Source: Rhodocyclaceae bacterium
GTDB taxonomy: Bacteria; Pseudomonadota; Gammaproteobacteria; Burkholderiales; UBA3065
Reading direction: 5' to 3'
Assembly (NCBI GenBank): GCA_018882975.1
Contig: VEQZ01000001.1
Coordinates: 1 to 57,126, forward strand
DNA length: 57,126 nucleotides
A model generated the notes under the pieces. That model did not search any database. It was not told the DNA's origin and worked only from the letters and a program-made list of their open reading frames with translations. Shown here piece after piece: positions 28,885-38,972 of the stretch (positions are counted from its first letter, which is position 1; each line of letters opens with the position of its first letter). The translations under genes were made by a program, and so were the position numbers.

Positions 28885-31088
28885 GCTGTGGCTCCGGCAG
28901 GAAGAAAGATGTGCACGCGGGCACCGTGCGGCTCGACATTGCCGATGCTCACGCGGCCACCGTGCAATTCCACCAGCTTTCGGACAATCGCCAGGCCCAG
29001 CCCGGTGCCCTTCTCCTTGGTAGTGGTGTAGGGCTCGAAGGCGCGGGTAATGAGCGCCTCGGGGAAGCCCGCGCCATTGTCGGTCACGGCCAGTTCGACC
29101 CCCGCGTCGGCGCGCTTGAGATCGACCACCAAGTGCGGTGCTGGCTGGCCTTCGAGGGCGTCCTTGGCGTTGGCGAGCACGTTGTGCAGCACCTGCCGCA
29201 ACTGCGTGGGGTGGCCCGCGAGCGCTGGCAGCCCGGGCTCGATGCGCCGCTCGAGGATCGGCTCGAGCTCGCCGTAGAGCCCCAGCACCTCGTCGAGCAG
29301 GGCCGCGAGTTCGACGCGCTCGGGCGCCTGCGCCGGCGCCGGCCGCGAAAAGTCAGCGAAGTCGCGCACCATCTGCTTCATGGCGTCGACCTGGTTGACG
29401 ATGGTGCTGGTGGCACGCTGCAGCACCTCGGCGTCGGCCGGCGCCAGCCGCGCGGCGAGCTTGTGCTCGAGCCGCTCGGCCGAGAGCCGGATCGGCATCA
29501 ACGGGTTCTTGATCTCGTGCGCCAGACGCCGCGCCACCTCGGCCCAGGCGATGTCGCGCTGCGACTGCACGACGTCGGTGATGTCGTCGAACACCACCAC
29601 ATGCCCGCCCTCGGCGACGTCCTCGAGTGGGCTGCCGCGCAGCAGCAGCACGCGCTCGCCCTGCCGCCCGACCAGACGGTGCTCCAGCGTCCAGTGGCCC
29701 ACGGCTGCGGCCAGCTGCGCGCGCAGCGCCATACCCAGCGCCGCCCCGCCGGTGCTGCCAGCGCTGCGCAGGGCCGCGTCCAGATCGGCGGTCGAGGCGC
29801 CCGGCAGACCGAGCCGCTCGGCTGCCAGGGCGTTGCTCGAACGCAGACTCAGGTCGCGTCCGAACACCAGTACGCCCGAAGACAGGTTCTCCAGCAGCGC
29901 CTGCAGGTAGGCGTTGGTCGCCGCCAGCGTGGCCTGCTGGTCGATGAGGCTGGCGCGCGCCTCGCGCAGCTGCTGCGTCATGCGGTTGAAGGAACCGGCC
30001 AGCCGCCCGAGTTCATCGCGGCCATGCGCGCGCAACTGGACAGAAAGATCCCCGCCGGCCACCGCCGCGGTGCCGAGGCCGAGTTGCGCCAAGGGTGTGC
30101 TGAGGCGGTCGGCCAGATAGATGCCGATGGCCACGGCGATCATCCCGGCCAGGCCAAGGGTGAGCGTGAGCGAGAGCAGGAACAGGCGCTTGAGGCTGCC
30201 GCGCGCCAGCGTGAGCGCCTGATACTCGGCCCAGCCGGTCTCGACCTTGTCCGCCTCGGCGGCGATCTCCGCTGGCACCGGCTGCTGCAGTTCGAGGATG
30301 CGCGGTTCGAGGCCCGGCCGCGCCGGCGTCACCCAGTAAAGGCTGCGCAGCACCAGTTCGCCGCCCTCACCAGCCTGCACGCCGCTGTACTGGCGCTGCG
30401 CGCGCAAATTGGGCAGCAGAGGCGCCACCGGCAGGCTCGGCGCCACCTGCTGGAAGCGCCGACCGACCACCATCAGCACGCCGCCCCGCGCGTCATAGAG
30501 GATGGCCTCGCGCACCGGCGTGCGGTCGACCACCTCGCTGAGGCGGCCAAAGTGCTCGGCCGGGGCTGCGTCGGCGATGTCGAGCGCCAGCGTGGCGCCG
30601 CGGCGGTGCAGTTCGGCCAGCAGCTTGTCCACCGCGCCACGGCCGAGGCTCAGGCCACCGTCGATGGCACGCTCGATGCGCACGTCGAACCAGCTGTCGA
30701 TGCTGCTGCGCAGAAAATAGACCGAGACCCCGTAGACCAGCGCCCCCGGCAGCACCGCCATGAGCGTGAAGAGCAGCACCAAACGGGTCATGAGGCGGCT
30801 ACCGAAGGCCCCCGAACGGCGCCGTCGGAACAGGTCGCGCAACTGCGCAGCGACCAGCGCCACCGCGAGTAGAAGCAGCGCACCATTGAGACCGACCAGC
30901 CAGGGCAGACTCGCCGCCAGCGCGTCGGTATTGCGCGTCGCCGCCAGCAGCAGCGCCAGCGCGACCAGACCGGCTGCACTGGTGCCGAGGATCAGGCGGC
31001 GGGTCCACGCCGCGCCGACCCATGTCGTGTCTTCAGGTACCGCTCTCACGGCGTAAATTCCCATTCGGTCTCGACGTCGGTCGACCAC
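28881..31088 (-). CDS. ntrY: NtrY-like sensor histidine kinase (TM-HAMP-PAS-HisKA-HATPase)
   Basis: 735-aa ORF with N-terminal TM helices. H-box is WAEVARRLAHEIKNPL; N/G boxes are NVLANAKDA, DNGAGF, GTGLGLAIV. The start is uncertain: ATG 31088 or 31064, or GTG 31049 overlapping the upstream stop. Confidence 0.75.
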   Translation of the reverse strand: MVDRRRDRMGIYAVRAVPEDTTWVGAAWTRRLILGTSAAGLVALALLLAATRNTDALAASLPWLVGLNGALLLLAVALVAAQLRDLFRRRRSGAFGSRLMTRLVLLFTLMAVLPGALVYGVSVYFLRSSIDSWFDVRIERAIDGGLSLGRGAVDKLLAELHRRGATLALDIADAAPAEHFGRLSEVVDRTPVREAILYDARGGVLMVVGRRFQQVAPSLPVAPLLPNLRAQRQYSGVQAGEGGELVLRSLYWVTPARPGLEPRILELQQPVPAEIAAEADKVETGWAEYQALTLARGSLKRLFLLSLTLTLGLAGMIAVAIGIYLADRLSTPLAQLGLGTAAVAGGDLSVQLRAHGRDELGRLAGSFNRMTQQLREARASLIDQQATLAATNAYLQALLENLSSGVLVFGRDLSLRSSNALAAERLGLPGASTADLDAALRSAGSTGGAALGMALRAQLAAAVGHWTLEHRLVGRQGERVLLLRGSPLEDVAEGGHVVVFDDITDVVQSQRDIAWAEVARRLAHEIKNPLMPIRLSAERLEHKLAARLAPADAEVLQRATSTIVNQVDAMKQMVRDFADFSRPAPAQAPERVELAALLDEVLGLYGELEPILERRIEPGLPALAGHPTQLRQVLHNVLANAKDALEGQPAPHLVVDLKRADAGVELAVTDNGAGFPEALITRAFEPYTTTKEKGTGLGLAIVRKLVELHGGRVSIGNVEPHGARVHIFLPAGATA

Positions 31089-31663
31089 TCAGCGGGCCCC
31101 AGCAGATTGATCTGGAACGGCTTGGGCAAGCGGCTGCCGTCGAGGCGCAAGGCGAGCCGGGCACGATAGCGCTCGCCAGCCTTCAACCGCGAGGACTCGG
31201 CCACGGCCCATCCGTGCACGCTGGCGACTGCGCGCATCGCTTCGGCCAGCGTCGGGTAGCTCAAGCCGAGCGCGCCGCTTGCCACGCGATACTGGCGTGT
31301 CAAGGCATGGTAAGAGACGCGGTAGTCGCGACGCACATCCACCACCTCGGCATCGAGCCAGTACCAACGCGGCCGCGTGATCTGCAGGCGCAAGGTGAAG
31401 TAGAGCGGCAGACCGCGTTGCAAGGCCGATTCAAGCGTCGGGCTGAGCTGCAGATCGAGGTCGGTGGTGAGTTCCCAGCCATTGTCCTCGCGGCGCAGCT
31501 GTGGAGTGCCCGGTGCAGCGGCGGCACTGATGGTCGGCGCGCCAGCCTGAGCGGGCGCTGCGCTCGGCGTGGGCGGATCGGCGGCGACTGCCGGCACCAC
31601 CGTCAGCAGCAGCGCCACTGCGAGCGCCAGTGCCCGCCCTTTCGCAGGCCGCAGGGCGACCAA
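31046..31663 (-). CDS. DUF4390 domain protein (exported)
   Basis: C-terminal 205 aa of track ORF 31046..32305. A TTG start at 31663, just after the rsmB stop, gives a signal peptide (VALRPAKGRALALAVALLLTVVPAVAA). Its position between rsmB and ntrY is typical. The family call is from memory. Confidence 0.55.
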   Translation of the reverse strand: MVALRPAKGRALALAVALLLTVVPAVAADPPTPSAAPAQAGAPTISAAAAPGTPQLRREDNGWELTTDLDLQLSPTLESALQRGLPLYFTLRLQITRPRWYWLDAEVVDVRRDYRVSYHALTRQYRVASGALGLSYPTLAEAMRAVASVHGWAVAESSRLKAGERYRARLALRLDGSRLPKPFQINLLGPAEWSTDVETEWEFTP

Positions 31664-31676
31664 CGCCCACAGCCGA

Positions 31677-32945
31677 TCAGCCGCCGGCAGGCACCTTGAC
31701 GAACGCGGCGTAGAAGAAACCGTCATGGTCGGACGATGGCAGCGCCTGGCCGTCGCGCAGCGCCGGATGGTCGAGCGCCACCGGACGGGCATTGGCGTGG
31801 CGACGGGCGAAGTCCTGCGCCTGCTGCCGGTTCTCCTCGGGGAATATCGAGCACGTGACCATGAGCAATCTACCACCCGGCGCCAGCAGCGGCCACAGCG
31901 CATCCAGAATCCGCCGCTGCTGCGCGGCGAAACCGGCCACATCGCCGGGTTGGCGGAGCCACTTGATGTCGGGGTGGCGCCGCACCACGCCCGAGCCGCT
32001 GCAGGGCAGGTCGACGAGGATGCGGTCGAAAGGCTTGCTGTCCCACCAGGTGTCGGGCGCGGCGGCATCGCCGCAGCGGGTGCGGACATCCAGACCCAAT
32101 CGTGTAAAGGTGTCGCGGGCCCGGTGCAGGCGGGCCGGGTCCACCTCCAGCGCCAGCAGGTCGAGGTCAAGGCGCTCAGCCAAATGCGCCGCCTTGCCGC
32201 CCGGCGCGGCGCAGGCATCGAGCACGCGCTGGCCCGGCCGCGCGTCGAGCAGGTCGGCCGACCACTGCGCCGCCCAGTCCTGCACCGAGACCAGGCCGTC
32301 GGCAAAGCCGGGCAGGTCGTCGACCGGCATGGGCTTCTTCAGCCGCACCGCCTCACCCCCCAAATGGCGCGCAGCGATGCCGGCATCCTCCAGCCAGGTC
32401 AGATAGTCGCTCACCGGCATGCGCCGCACGTTGACGCGCAGGGTGAAAGGCGGATGCTGGTTGCCGGCCGTCAGCGCCGCTTCGGCATCGGCACCATAGG
32501 CACTGGTCACCGCATCGACCCACCAAAGCGGGTAGGAGAGCCGCGTGCTGGCAGTTGCGTCGGCCAGCGCCTCGAGCGCCTCGCGTCGGCGCAGCGCATT
32601 GCGCAGCACCGCGTTGACAAAACCTTTGCGACTCGGCGGCGCGGCCTCGACCAGCAGGTTGACCACGGTGTGCGCCGGCAGGTTTCCGTAGAACAGCCGG
32701 TAGAGCCCAACCTGCAGCAGCGCGCGCAGCGCCGGCGCCGTGTCGGGCTGCGTCAGCAGGCGGCCGAGCATGGCGTCGAGCCGCACGCCCCAGCGCAGCG
32801 TGCCATAGATGGTGTCCTGCAGCGCCGCGCGCTGCCGGGAACCGACGCCGAGCGTGGCCAGCGCCTGCGGGATCTGCTCGTTGAGCGAGGCGCCACTTGC
32901 CACCGCCGCGACGGTGGCCGCGGCGATGCGGCTGACCTCAGGCAC
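31677..32945 (-). CDS. rsmB: 16S rRNA (cytosine967-C5)-methyltransferase RsmB/Sun
   Basis: 422-aa ORF with an NusB-like N-terminus and SAM motifs VLDACAAPGGKA, ILVDLPCSGSGVVRRHPDIKW, LMVTCS. Confidence 0.85.
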   Translation of the reverse strand: MPEVSRIAAATVAAVASGASLNEQIPQALATLGVGSRQRAALQDTIYGTLRWGVRLDAMLGRLLTQPDTAPALRALLQVGLYRLFYGNLPAHTVVNLLVEAAPPSRKGFVNAVLRNALRRREALEALADATASTRLSYPLWWVDAVTSAYGADAEAALTAGNQHPPFTLRVNVRRMPVSDYLTWLEDAGIAARHLGGEAVRLKKPMPVDDLPGFADGLVSVQDWAAQWSADLLDARPGQRVLDACAAPGGKAAHLAERLDLDLLALEVDPARLHRARDTFTRLGLDVRTRCGDAAAPDTWWDSKPFDRILVDLPCSGSGVVRRHPDIKWLRQPGDVAGFAAQQRRILDALWPLLAPGGRLLMVTCSIFPEENRQQAQDFARRHANARPVALDHPALRDGQALPSSDHDGFFYAAFVKVPAGG

Positions 32946-32951
32946 GCGCGC

Positions 32952-33797
32952 TCAGCCCCGGGCCATCGCCATGAGGCGCGCGACGCGCTCCTCGGTGGCC
33001 GGGTGGGTGCGGAACAGACCGCCGATGCCGCCACCCGAGAGCGGGTTGATGATCATCATCTGCGCCGTCTCCGGGTGCTCGTCGGCCACATCCATCGGCG
33101 TGCCGCGGGCGTAGGCTTCGATCTTGCGCAGCGCGCTGGCCAGCGCCTCGGGGTCGCCGCTGATCTCGGCACCGCCGGCATCGGCGCCGAACTCGCGCGA
33201 GCGGCTGATGGCCATCTGGATGAGCATGGCCGCGATCGGCGCAATGATCATGACGAGGATCGCCAGCGCCGGATGGCCGCGGCCCTCACGGTTGCTGCCG
33301 GCAAACAGCATGCCGAAGTTGGCCAGCATCGAGATGGCGCCAGCCACCGTGGCCGACAGCGTCGAGATGAGCGTATCGCGGTGCTTCACATGCGCCAGTT
33401 CGTGCGCCATGACGCCGCGCAGCTCGCGCTCGGACAGGATCTGCATGATGCCGGTAGTGGCGGCCACAGCGGCGTGCTCCGGGTCACGCCCGGTGGCAAA
33501 CGCGTTGGGCTGTGCCTCGTCGATGATGTAGACGCGCGGCATGGGCAACTCGGCGCGGCGCGCCAGTTCCTCGACCATGCGGTAGAAGCGCGGCTCGCTG
33601 CGCGCGTCCACCTCGCGGGCGTTGTACATGCGCAGCACGATGCTGTCCGAGTTCCACCATGCGAACACGTTCATGCCGCCGCCGATCAGCAGCGCGATCA
33701 ACATGCCTTGCGCGCCGCCGAGCGCCAACCCGACAGCACCGAACAGCGCGACGATGGCGGCCATCAGAAGGCCGGTCTTGAGCCAGTTGCCGAACAT
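32952..33797 (-). CDS. htpX: Protease HtpX homolog (M48)
   Basis: 281-aa ORF with TM helices, the [10 protein letters not shown] zinc motif and NAFATG. Confidence 0.9.
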   Translation of the reverse strand: MFGNWLKTGLLMAAIVALFGAVGLALGGAQGMLIALLIGGGMNVFAWWNSDSIVLRMYNAREVDARSEPRFYRMVEELARRAELPMPRVYIIDEAQPNAFATGRDPEHAAVAATTGIMQILSERELRGVMAHELAHVKHRDTLISTLSATVAGAISMLANFGMLFAGSNREGRGHPALAILVMIIAPIAAMLIQMAISRSREFGADAGGAEISGDPEALASALRKIEAYARGTPMDVADEHPETAQMMIINPLSGGGIGGLFRTHPATEERVARLMAMARG

Positions 33798-33841
33798 CCA
33801 AGTCCTCTCTGCGAAAGCCGCGCGGGGGCGGCGTCAGGCTT

Positions 33842-33870
33842 TAGATGCCTTGCGGTGGAAAGAATTCAAG
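33842..33870 (-). promoter_or_regulatory. Possible sigma-32-type heat-shock promoter of htpX
   Basis: Minus strand CTTGAAT, 13 nt, AGGCATCTA, compared with the consensus CTTGAAA-N13-15-CCCCATNTA. It lies about 45 nt upstream of the htpX ATG. Confidence 0.35.
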
Positions 33871-33886
33871 TGGGGGCCACTGAATG

Positions 33887-34050
33887 CCAAAACCGTTGGC
33901 GGGCGGCCCACCTTGCAAAACCGTTTGTTGGCGGCCCACTACCTCGGGTGTCCTTCTTCTTGCTCCTGCTCGCTTCGCTCGAAAGTCGCTGCGAAAAGGA
34001 CACCCGACGGGGGCCGCCCACCGATGATTTTCCGTAACGAGTGGGCCGCC
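33887..34050. repeat. Clustered GGCGGCCCAC motifs plus a long hairpin in the fmt-htpX spacer
   Basis: GGCGGCCCAC occurs at 33902-33911 and 33930-33939, each preceded by CAAAACCGTT. An inverted copy is at 34041-34050 and a variant GGCCGCCCAC at 34012-34021. An 11-bp inverted repeat CGGGTGTCCTT/AAGGACACCCG (33945-33955 / 33996-34006) encloses a 40-nt loop. Confidence 0.6.
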
Positions 34051-34061
34051 AGCGAGCTCGT

Positions 34062-34997
34062 TCACGCGAACCGATCCCCCACGCCCAACCCGAGCCCCTG
34101 ACAAAAGGCCCGCGCCGGCCCGCGTCGCTGCCCAGGCCGCTGCAATTCACCCAGCAGCACGCTGCCCTCGCCACAGGCGACGCAGAGTGCACCGTCGCTC
34201 ACCGCCAGGATCTCGCCCGGCGCACCGCCCTTGAGCGGCCCGATCGAACTTTGCCAGACCTTGACGCGCTCCACTCCGATACGCTCACAGGCGATTTCGC
34301 CCCACGCGCCGGGGATTGGGTTGAAGGCGCGGATCTGCCGGTCCACCTCCACTGCAGGGCGCGCCCAGTTGATGCGCGCCTCGGCCTTGTCGATCTTGGC
34401 GGCGTAGGTCACCCCTGCCTCAGGCTGCGCCGTCGACAACCAAGGACCGGGCCGCGCCAAAACGTCGCAGAGGGCCGCGCCCCCCAACGTGGCGAGGCGG
34501 TCATGCAGGCTCTCGGTAGTCTCGTCCGGCGCAATCGGCGTCGATACGCGGCGCACCACCGGCCCGGTATCGAGGCCGGCATCCATCTGCATGATGCAAA
34601 CACCGGTCTCGGCATCGCCGGCCAGTATCGCGCGCTGCAAGGGCGCCGCGCCGCGCCAGCGCGGCAGCAGCGACGCATGCACGTTGAGACAGCCCCAACG
34701 CGGCAGGGTCAGTGCCTCGACCGGCAGGATCAGCCCGTAGGCCACCACCACCAGCACGTCGAGGTCGGCATCTGCCAGCACTTGCCGGCCCTCGACCGTG
34801 CGCAGCGTCTGCGGCTGTGCCACCGCGATGCCCTGTGCCAACGCGAGCTTCTTGACCGCGCTCGGCTGCGATGCCAAGCCGCGCCCGGCCGGGCGGTCAG
34901 GCTGCGTGAGGACGACCTGCGGCCGGTGACCGGTGTCGAGCAGGGCCTGCAACACGCGCGCGGCGAACTCCGGCGTGCCGGCAAAGCCGAGCCGCAT
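34062..34997 (-). CDS. fmt: Methionyl-tRNA formyltransferase
   Basis: Start at [12 protein letters not shown], internal to track ORF 34062..35120. Motifs include NVHASLLPRWRGAAP. The ATG overlaps the def stop (TGATG). Confidence 0.9.
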   Translation of the reverse strand: MRLGFAGTPEFAARVLQALLDTGHRPQVVLTQPDRPAGRGLASQPSAVKKLALAQGIAVAQPQTLRTVEGRQVLADADLDVLVVVAYGLILPVEALTLPRWGCLNVHASLLPRWRGAAPLQRAILAGDAETGVCIMQMDAGLDTGPVVRRVSTPIAPDETTESLHDRLATLGGAALCDVLARPGPWLSTAQPEAGVTYAAKIDKAEARINWARPAVEVDRQIRAFNPIPGAWGEIACERIGVERVKVWQSSIGPLKGGAPGEILAVSDGALCVACGEGSVLLGELQRPGQRRGPARAFCQGLGLGVGDRFA

Positions 34998-35506
34998 CAG
35001 GCGTCGGCCCGTTCGCGCCTGCGCTTGCGGAGTTTCTGCACCGCCCGATTGCGCTTGAGCGGCGACAGGTGTTCGACAAAGACCTTGCCCATCAGGTGGT
35101 CCATCTCGTGCTGGATGCACACCGCCAGCAGGCCGCTGGCCTCGAGCGTGAAGCGCTGGCCCTCGCGGTCGAGCGCCTCCACCAGCACATGCTCGGCGCG
35201 CTTGACCTCCTCGTAGACGCCCGGCACCGAGAGACAGCCTTCCTCGAAGAGCTGCTCGCCGTCAGCCCGAAGGATGACCGGGTTGACCAACGCCAGCAGC
35301 TGGTCACGCGTGTCCGACACGTCGATGACGATGACGCGCTGGTGCACGTCGCACTGGGTAGCGGCGAGGCCGACACCCGGCGCGGCATACATCGTATCGG
35401 CCAAGTCGCCGATGAGCGTTTTCACGCTTTCGTCTACCGTGGCGACCGGTGCGGCGATGCGGTGCAGCCGCGGGTCTGGGTACTCAAGAATAGGAAGAAT
35501 AGCCAT
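34997..35506 (-). CDS. def: Peptide deformylase
   Basis: Start at [14 protein letters not shown]. Motifs are [22 protein letters not shown]. Confidence 0.9.
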   Translation of the reverse strand: MAILPILEYPDPRLHRIAAPVATVDESVKTLIGDLADTMYAAPGVGLAATQCDVHQRVIVIDVSDTRDQLLALVNPVILRADGEQLFEEGCLSVPGVYEEVKRAEHVLVEALDREGQRFTLEASGLLAVCIQHEMDHLMGKVFVEHLSPLKRNRAVQKLRKRRRERADA

Positions 35507-35530
35507 GGGCAGATTATACGGCGGTGCATC

Positions 35531-36823
35531 GTGAGCACTGCGGCCGAGGGTGTTGGCGCAGGCGCGGGGTCGGCCAGGCCTTTGGGGGTCAGTACCGCCG
35601 CGGCAGACAGTCCACATCGCCATGGCGCGGCCACCTCGGCACGCCAAAACCTCCATGGCGACCGCCTCGACTGGCTGGGTGTAGCGCTGCGGCCACGGCT
35701 GTCATGGGCGCGGCTGCAGCCAGCCTTGGCGGCGGCCGGTTCGCCGGGCGAATTGCTTCGCATGCCGGCGCGGCAATTGGAGGCCATCGGCGGACGCGCG
35801 CTGGCCGATGCGGTGGCTGCCACGCCCGAAGGCGCCTGGTGGGCCAGGGCACTCGAATGGTTGGAAGATTTGGCGGGCGCTGGCCACCACCTGATTGCCA
35901 TCACCGACGCCGACTACCCCGCCCTGCTGCGGCAGACCGCCGACCCGCCGCCAGTGCTGTTCGTCTGCGGCCGCCGTGAGCTGTTGCATGGCCCGGCGCT
36001 GGCGGTGGTCGGCAGCCGCAACCCCACCCCAGCCGGCGCCGAGAATGCAAGGGCGTTCTCCAGCGCGCTGGCGCGTGCCGGCATCACCGTGGTGAGCGGG
36101 CTGGCGCGCGGCATCGACGGGCTCTCGCACGAGGCGGCGCTGACCGAGCCGGGCTCCACCATCGCCGTGCTCGGCGTCGGTCCCGACGTCATCTATCCCA
36201 AAGCGCACCGCGGTCTGCAGGCGCGCATCGCCGCAGCCGGCTGCCTGGTCAGCGAGATGCCGCCCGGCATGGGCATGCAGCGCTACGCCTTCCCACGCCG
36301 CAACCGCATCATCGCCGGGCTATCGCTGGGCTGCCTGGTGGTCGAGGCAGCCACCGCGAGCGGGTCGCTGATCACCGCCCGCGAAGCGCTGGAGGCAGGC
36401 CGCGAGGTGTTCGCTGTGCCCGGCTCGATCCACTCGCCACAGTCGCGCGGCTGCCACCGCCTGATCCGCCAGGGCGCGGTGCTGGTCGAGATGCTGGCCG
36501 ACATCCTCGAGGCCCTGCCGCTCGGCCCGCTGGAGGCCAGCGCACGGGGGGCCGCTGCCGCCATTCACGCGGAGGCCAGCGCGGGAGTCGATCAAAATGG
36601 TGTCGAAGCGGTCACGGGCGATGCCACACGCAAAGCCCAGGCCACGCGCTCGCCACTCCTCACCGCCCTTGGCGACGAGCCGAGCAGCCTGGACGCGCTG
36701 GTCACGCGCAGCGGCCTTGACGCGCCCGGCGTGTTGGCCGGCCTGATGGAACTCGAACTCGACGGCCACGTGGGGCGCACGGCGGACGGGCGCTTTCAGC
36801 GTATCCGCAAAGCAGTGGTTTGA
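35531..36823 (+). CDS. dprA: DNA-processing protein DprA (Smf)
   Basis: Rossmann-like core: [11 protein letters not shown]...[17 protein letters not shown]...NRIIAGLS...[14 protein letters not shown]. The start is uncertain (GTG 35531 or TTG 35582). The first ~150 aa of track ORF 35069..36823 are antisense to def. Confidence 0.8.
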   Translation: MSTAAEGVGAGAGSARPLGVSTAAADSPHRHGAATSARQNLHGDRLDWLGVALRPRLSWARLQPALAAAGSPGELLRMPARQLEAIGGRALADAVAATPEGAWWARALEWLEDLAGAGHHLIAITDADYPALLRQTADPPPVLFVCGRRELLHGPALAVVGSRNPTPAGAENARAFSSALARAGITVVSGLARGIDGLSHEAALTEPGSTIAVLGVGPDVIYPKAHRGLQARIAAAGCLVSEMPPGMGMQRYAFPRRNRIIAGLSLGCLVVEAATASGSLITAREALEAGREVFAVPGSIHSPQSRGCHRLIRQGAVLVEMLADILEALPLGPLEASARGAAAAIHAEASAGVDQNGVEAVTGDATRKAQATRSPLLTALGDEPSSLDALVTRSGLDAPGVLAGLMELELDGHVGRTADGRFQRIRKAVV

Positions 36824-36905
36824 GATGCGCTGCCGGCCTACCCGTCAGGTGGCCGAAGCGCGATTTGGAGCCCGGCAACTTGAGCGCGGGCACCAGCGGG
36901 CCGAC

Positions 36906-38027
36906 TCAGCCCGGCGGCGCCAACTCCGCCAGCGGCCAGCGCGGGCGCACGCTCACCGCCGGCGCATCGCCGGCCGCCATGGCCGCCATGGCCGCCGCCA
37001 CACCACCCCCATGCTTGAGCCGCAGTGCCCCGGCCAGCGCGATCATCGCGCCGTTGTCGGTGCAGAACTGCAACTCAGGGAAATACAGGTCGATGCCGGC
37101 ACGTCCTGCAGCAGCGCCAAGCCGCTCGCGCAATCTCCGGTTGGCGCCCACACCCCCCGCCACCACCATACGCCGCGCGCCGCACTGCGCCACCGCCGCC
37201 ATCGATTTGGCCACCAGCACATCGGCCACCGCCGCCTCGAATTCGGCGGCGAGGTCGGCGCGCGCCTGCTCCACCAGCGTCAAATCAAGCCTCGCCGGGT
37301 CGTCTCTTCGCGAGACAACCCCGCGCTGCCCCACCTCGCCTGGGCCACCGTCCGCACGAAACCCCGCCAGCGCCGTCACCACCGCGGTCTTGAGGCCGGA
37401 GAAACTCATGTCGAGGTCGCCGCTGTCGATCATCGGTCGCGGCAGGCGGAAGCGCCCCGGCGTGCCCTGCTCGGCCAGTCGTGCCAACGCCGGCCCGCCC
37501 GGATAACCGAGCCCGAGCAGCTTCGCGGTCTTGTCGAAGGCCTCGCCGGCAGCGTCGTCGAGCGACTCGCCGAGCAGCGCATAGCGGCCCAGCCCCTCGA
37601 CCTGCATCAGCTGGCTGTGCCCGCCCGACACCAGCAGCGCCACGAACGGGAACTGCGGCGGCTCAGCGCACAGCAGCGGCGACAACAGGTGTCCCTCGAG
37701 GTGGTGCACCGCCACCAGCGGCTTGCCCAACGCCAGCGCCAGACCTTCGGCAAAGGCCGCGCCGACCAACAGCGCGCCGGCCAGGCCCGGCCCGCGGGTG
37801 TAGGCGACAGCATCGACCGCCCCCAGGCCGACGCCCGCCTCCGCCAGCGCGCGGCGGGTCAGCGGCACGACACGGCGGATGTGGTCGCGCGAGGCGAGTT
37901 CCGGCACCACGCCGCCATACTCGGCGTGCATGGCGGCCTGGGTGTGCAGCGCGTGCGCCAGCAGGCCGCGGCCGGTGTGGTAGAGCGCCACGCCGGTCTC
38001 GTCGCAGGAAGACTCGATGCCCAGCAC
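36906..38027 (-). CDS. tsaD: tRNA N6-adenosine threonylcarbamoyltransferase TsaD
   Basis: [16 protein letters not shown]...HHLEGHL...GYPGGPA...VVAGGVGAN. No in-frame ATG lies near the conserved N-terminus. GTG at 38027 gives [14 protein letters not shown] at 38078 is an alternative. Confidence 0.8.
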   Translation of the reverse strand: MLGIESSCDETGVALYHTGRGLLAHALHTQAAMHAEYGGVVPELASRDHIRRVVPLTRRALAEAGVGLGAVDAVAYTRGPGLAGALLVGAAFAEGLALALGKPLVAVHHLEGHLLSPLLCAEPPQFPFVALLVSGGHSQLMQVEGLGRYALLGESLDDAAGEAFDKTAKLLGLGYPGGPALARLAEQGTPGRFRLPRPMIDSGDLDMSFSGLKTAVVTALAGFRADGGPGEVGQRGVVSRRDDPARLDLTLVEQARADLAAEFEAAVADVLVAKSMAAVAQCGARRMVVAGGVGANRRLRERLGAAAGRAGIDLYFPELQFCTDNGAMIALAGALRLKHGGGVAAAMAAMAAGDAPAVSVRPRWPLAELAPPG

Positions 38028-38103
38028 GCAGATATCGGCATCGCCGCAGGGGTGAGTGTTGCCGGTGACAGAGACCAAACGCCGGGCGCCTTCGAGAAAA
38101 GGG

Positions 38104-38131
38104 TTTGCAAGTCGTGCCCGGCGGGTATAAT
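38104..38131 (+). promoter_or_regulatory. Sigma-70 promoter of the rpsU-dnaG-rpoD region
   Basis: TTTGCA/TTGCAA (38104-38110) and a perfect TATAAT (38126-38131) with a 15-16 nt spacer. A GGCCGGC/GCCGGCC hairpin lies in the leader, and GGAG precedes the rpsU ATG. Confidence 0.5.
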
Positions 38132-38183
38132 CGCGGGCTTTTCGCCGTGGCCGGCGTTGTGCCGGCCAAGAACCGGAGTTTAA

Positions 38184-38396
38184 ATGCCTAGCGTACGTGT
38201 CCGTGAGAACGAAGCTTTCGAAGTGGCGATGCGCCGCTTCAAGCGCACCATTGAGAAGACCGGCCTGCTGACCGAACTGCGCGCCCGCGAGTTTTATGAA
38301 AAGCCGACCGCGGAGCGCAAGCGTAAGCTCGCCGCTGCCGTGAAGCGCCACTACAAGCGCATCCGCAGCCAGATGCTGCCGAAGAAGCTCTACTGA
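38184..38396 (+). CDS. rpsU: 30S ribosomal protein S21
   Basis: 70-aa [24 protein letters not shown]... Confidence 0.95.
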   Translation: MPSVRVRENEAFEVAMRRFKRTIEKTGLLTELRAREFYEKPTAERKRKLAAAVKRHYKRIRSQMLPKKLY

Positions 38397-38404
38397 GCAC
38401 CGCC

Positions 38405-38848
38405 ATGTCGCTTAAGGCGCAGATCGCCGAGGACATGAAGTCGGCGATGCGCGCCAAGGATGCGCCGCGACTGGCGGCCATCCGCCTGCTGATGGCAGGC
38501 ATCAAGCAGCGTGAAGTCGACGAGCGCATCGAACTGGACGACGCCGGGGTGGTGGCGATCGTCGAGAAGCAGATCAAGCAGCGCCGCGACGCCATAACCC
38601 AGTACGAAGCCGGCGGCCGCCCCGAGTTGGCCGCGGCGGAGCGCTTCGAGATGGACGTGCTTTCCGCTTACCTCCCCGCCCGCCTCTCCGATGGCGAGGT
38701 CGATGCGGTTATTGCCGCTGCCATCGCGCAGTCAGGCGCCAGCGGCGCCAAGGACATGGGCAAGGTGATGGCGCTGGTCAAGCCGGCGCTCGCCGGTCGC
38801 GCCGACATGGCGGCTGTCTCCGCCCGCATCAAGTCGGCACTCGGCTGA
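38405..38848 (+). CDS. GatB/YqeY domain-containing protein
   Basis: 147-aa [22 protein letters not shown]...LSAYLP...GKVM is the typical YqeY pattern. Confidence 0.85.
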   Translation: MSLKAQIAEDMKSAMRAKDAPRLAAIRLLMAGIKQREVDERIELDDAGVVAIVEKQIKQRRDAITQYEAGGRPELAAAERFEMDVLSAYLPARLSDGEVDAVIAAAIAQSGASGAKDMGKVMALVKPALAGRADMAAVSARIKSALG

Positions 38849-38972
38849 GCCGGGGCAGGTCGCTCTTGCGACCCGCGCAACGGTCGGCGCGCGGCGAGGC
38901 CGGCGCCTTTGAACGGTCGGCACTCTATAATCGGATGAGGGGCTGCGCGGTCAGCCGACGTCCGGTTGCGCG

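Noticed and set aside
28875-34037. 665-aa and 822-aa plus-strand ORFs
   Set aside because: They are antisense to ntrY, DUF4390, rsmB and htpX, all of which have clear motifs on the minus strand.
36825-38183. 452-aa plus-strand ORF
   Set aside because: It is antisense to tsaD and has no motifs.
38900-38972. Internal promoter for dnaG (TATAAT at ~38926)
   Set aside because: The only -35-like hexamer (TTGAAC) is 11 nt away, which is too close. The TATAAT alone is insufficient.
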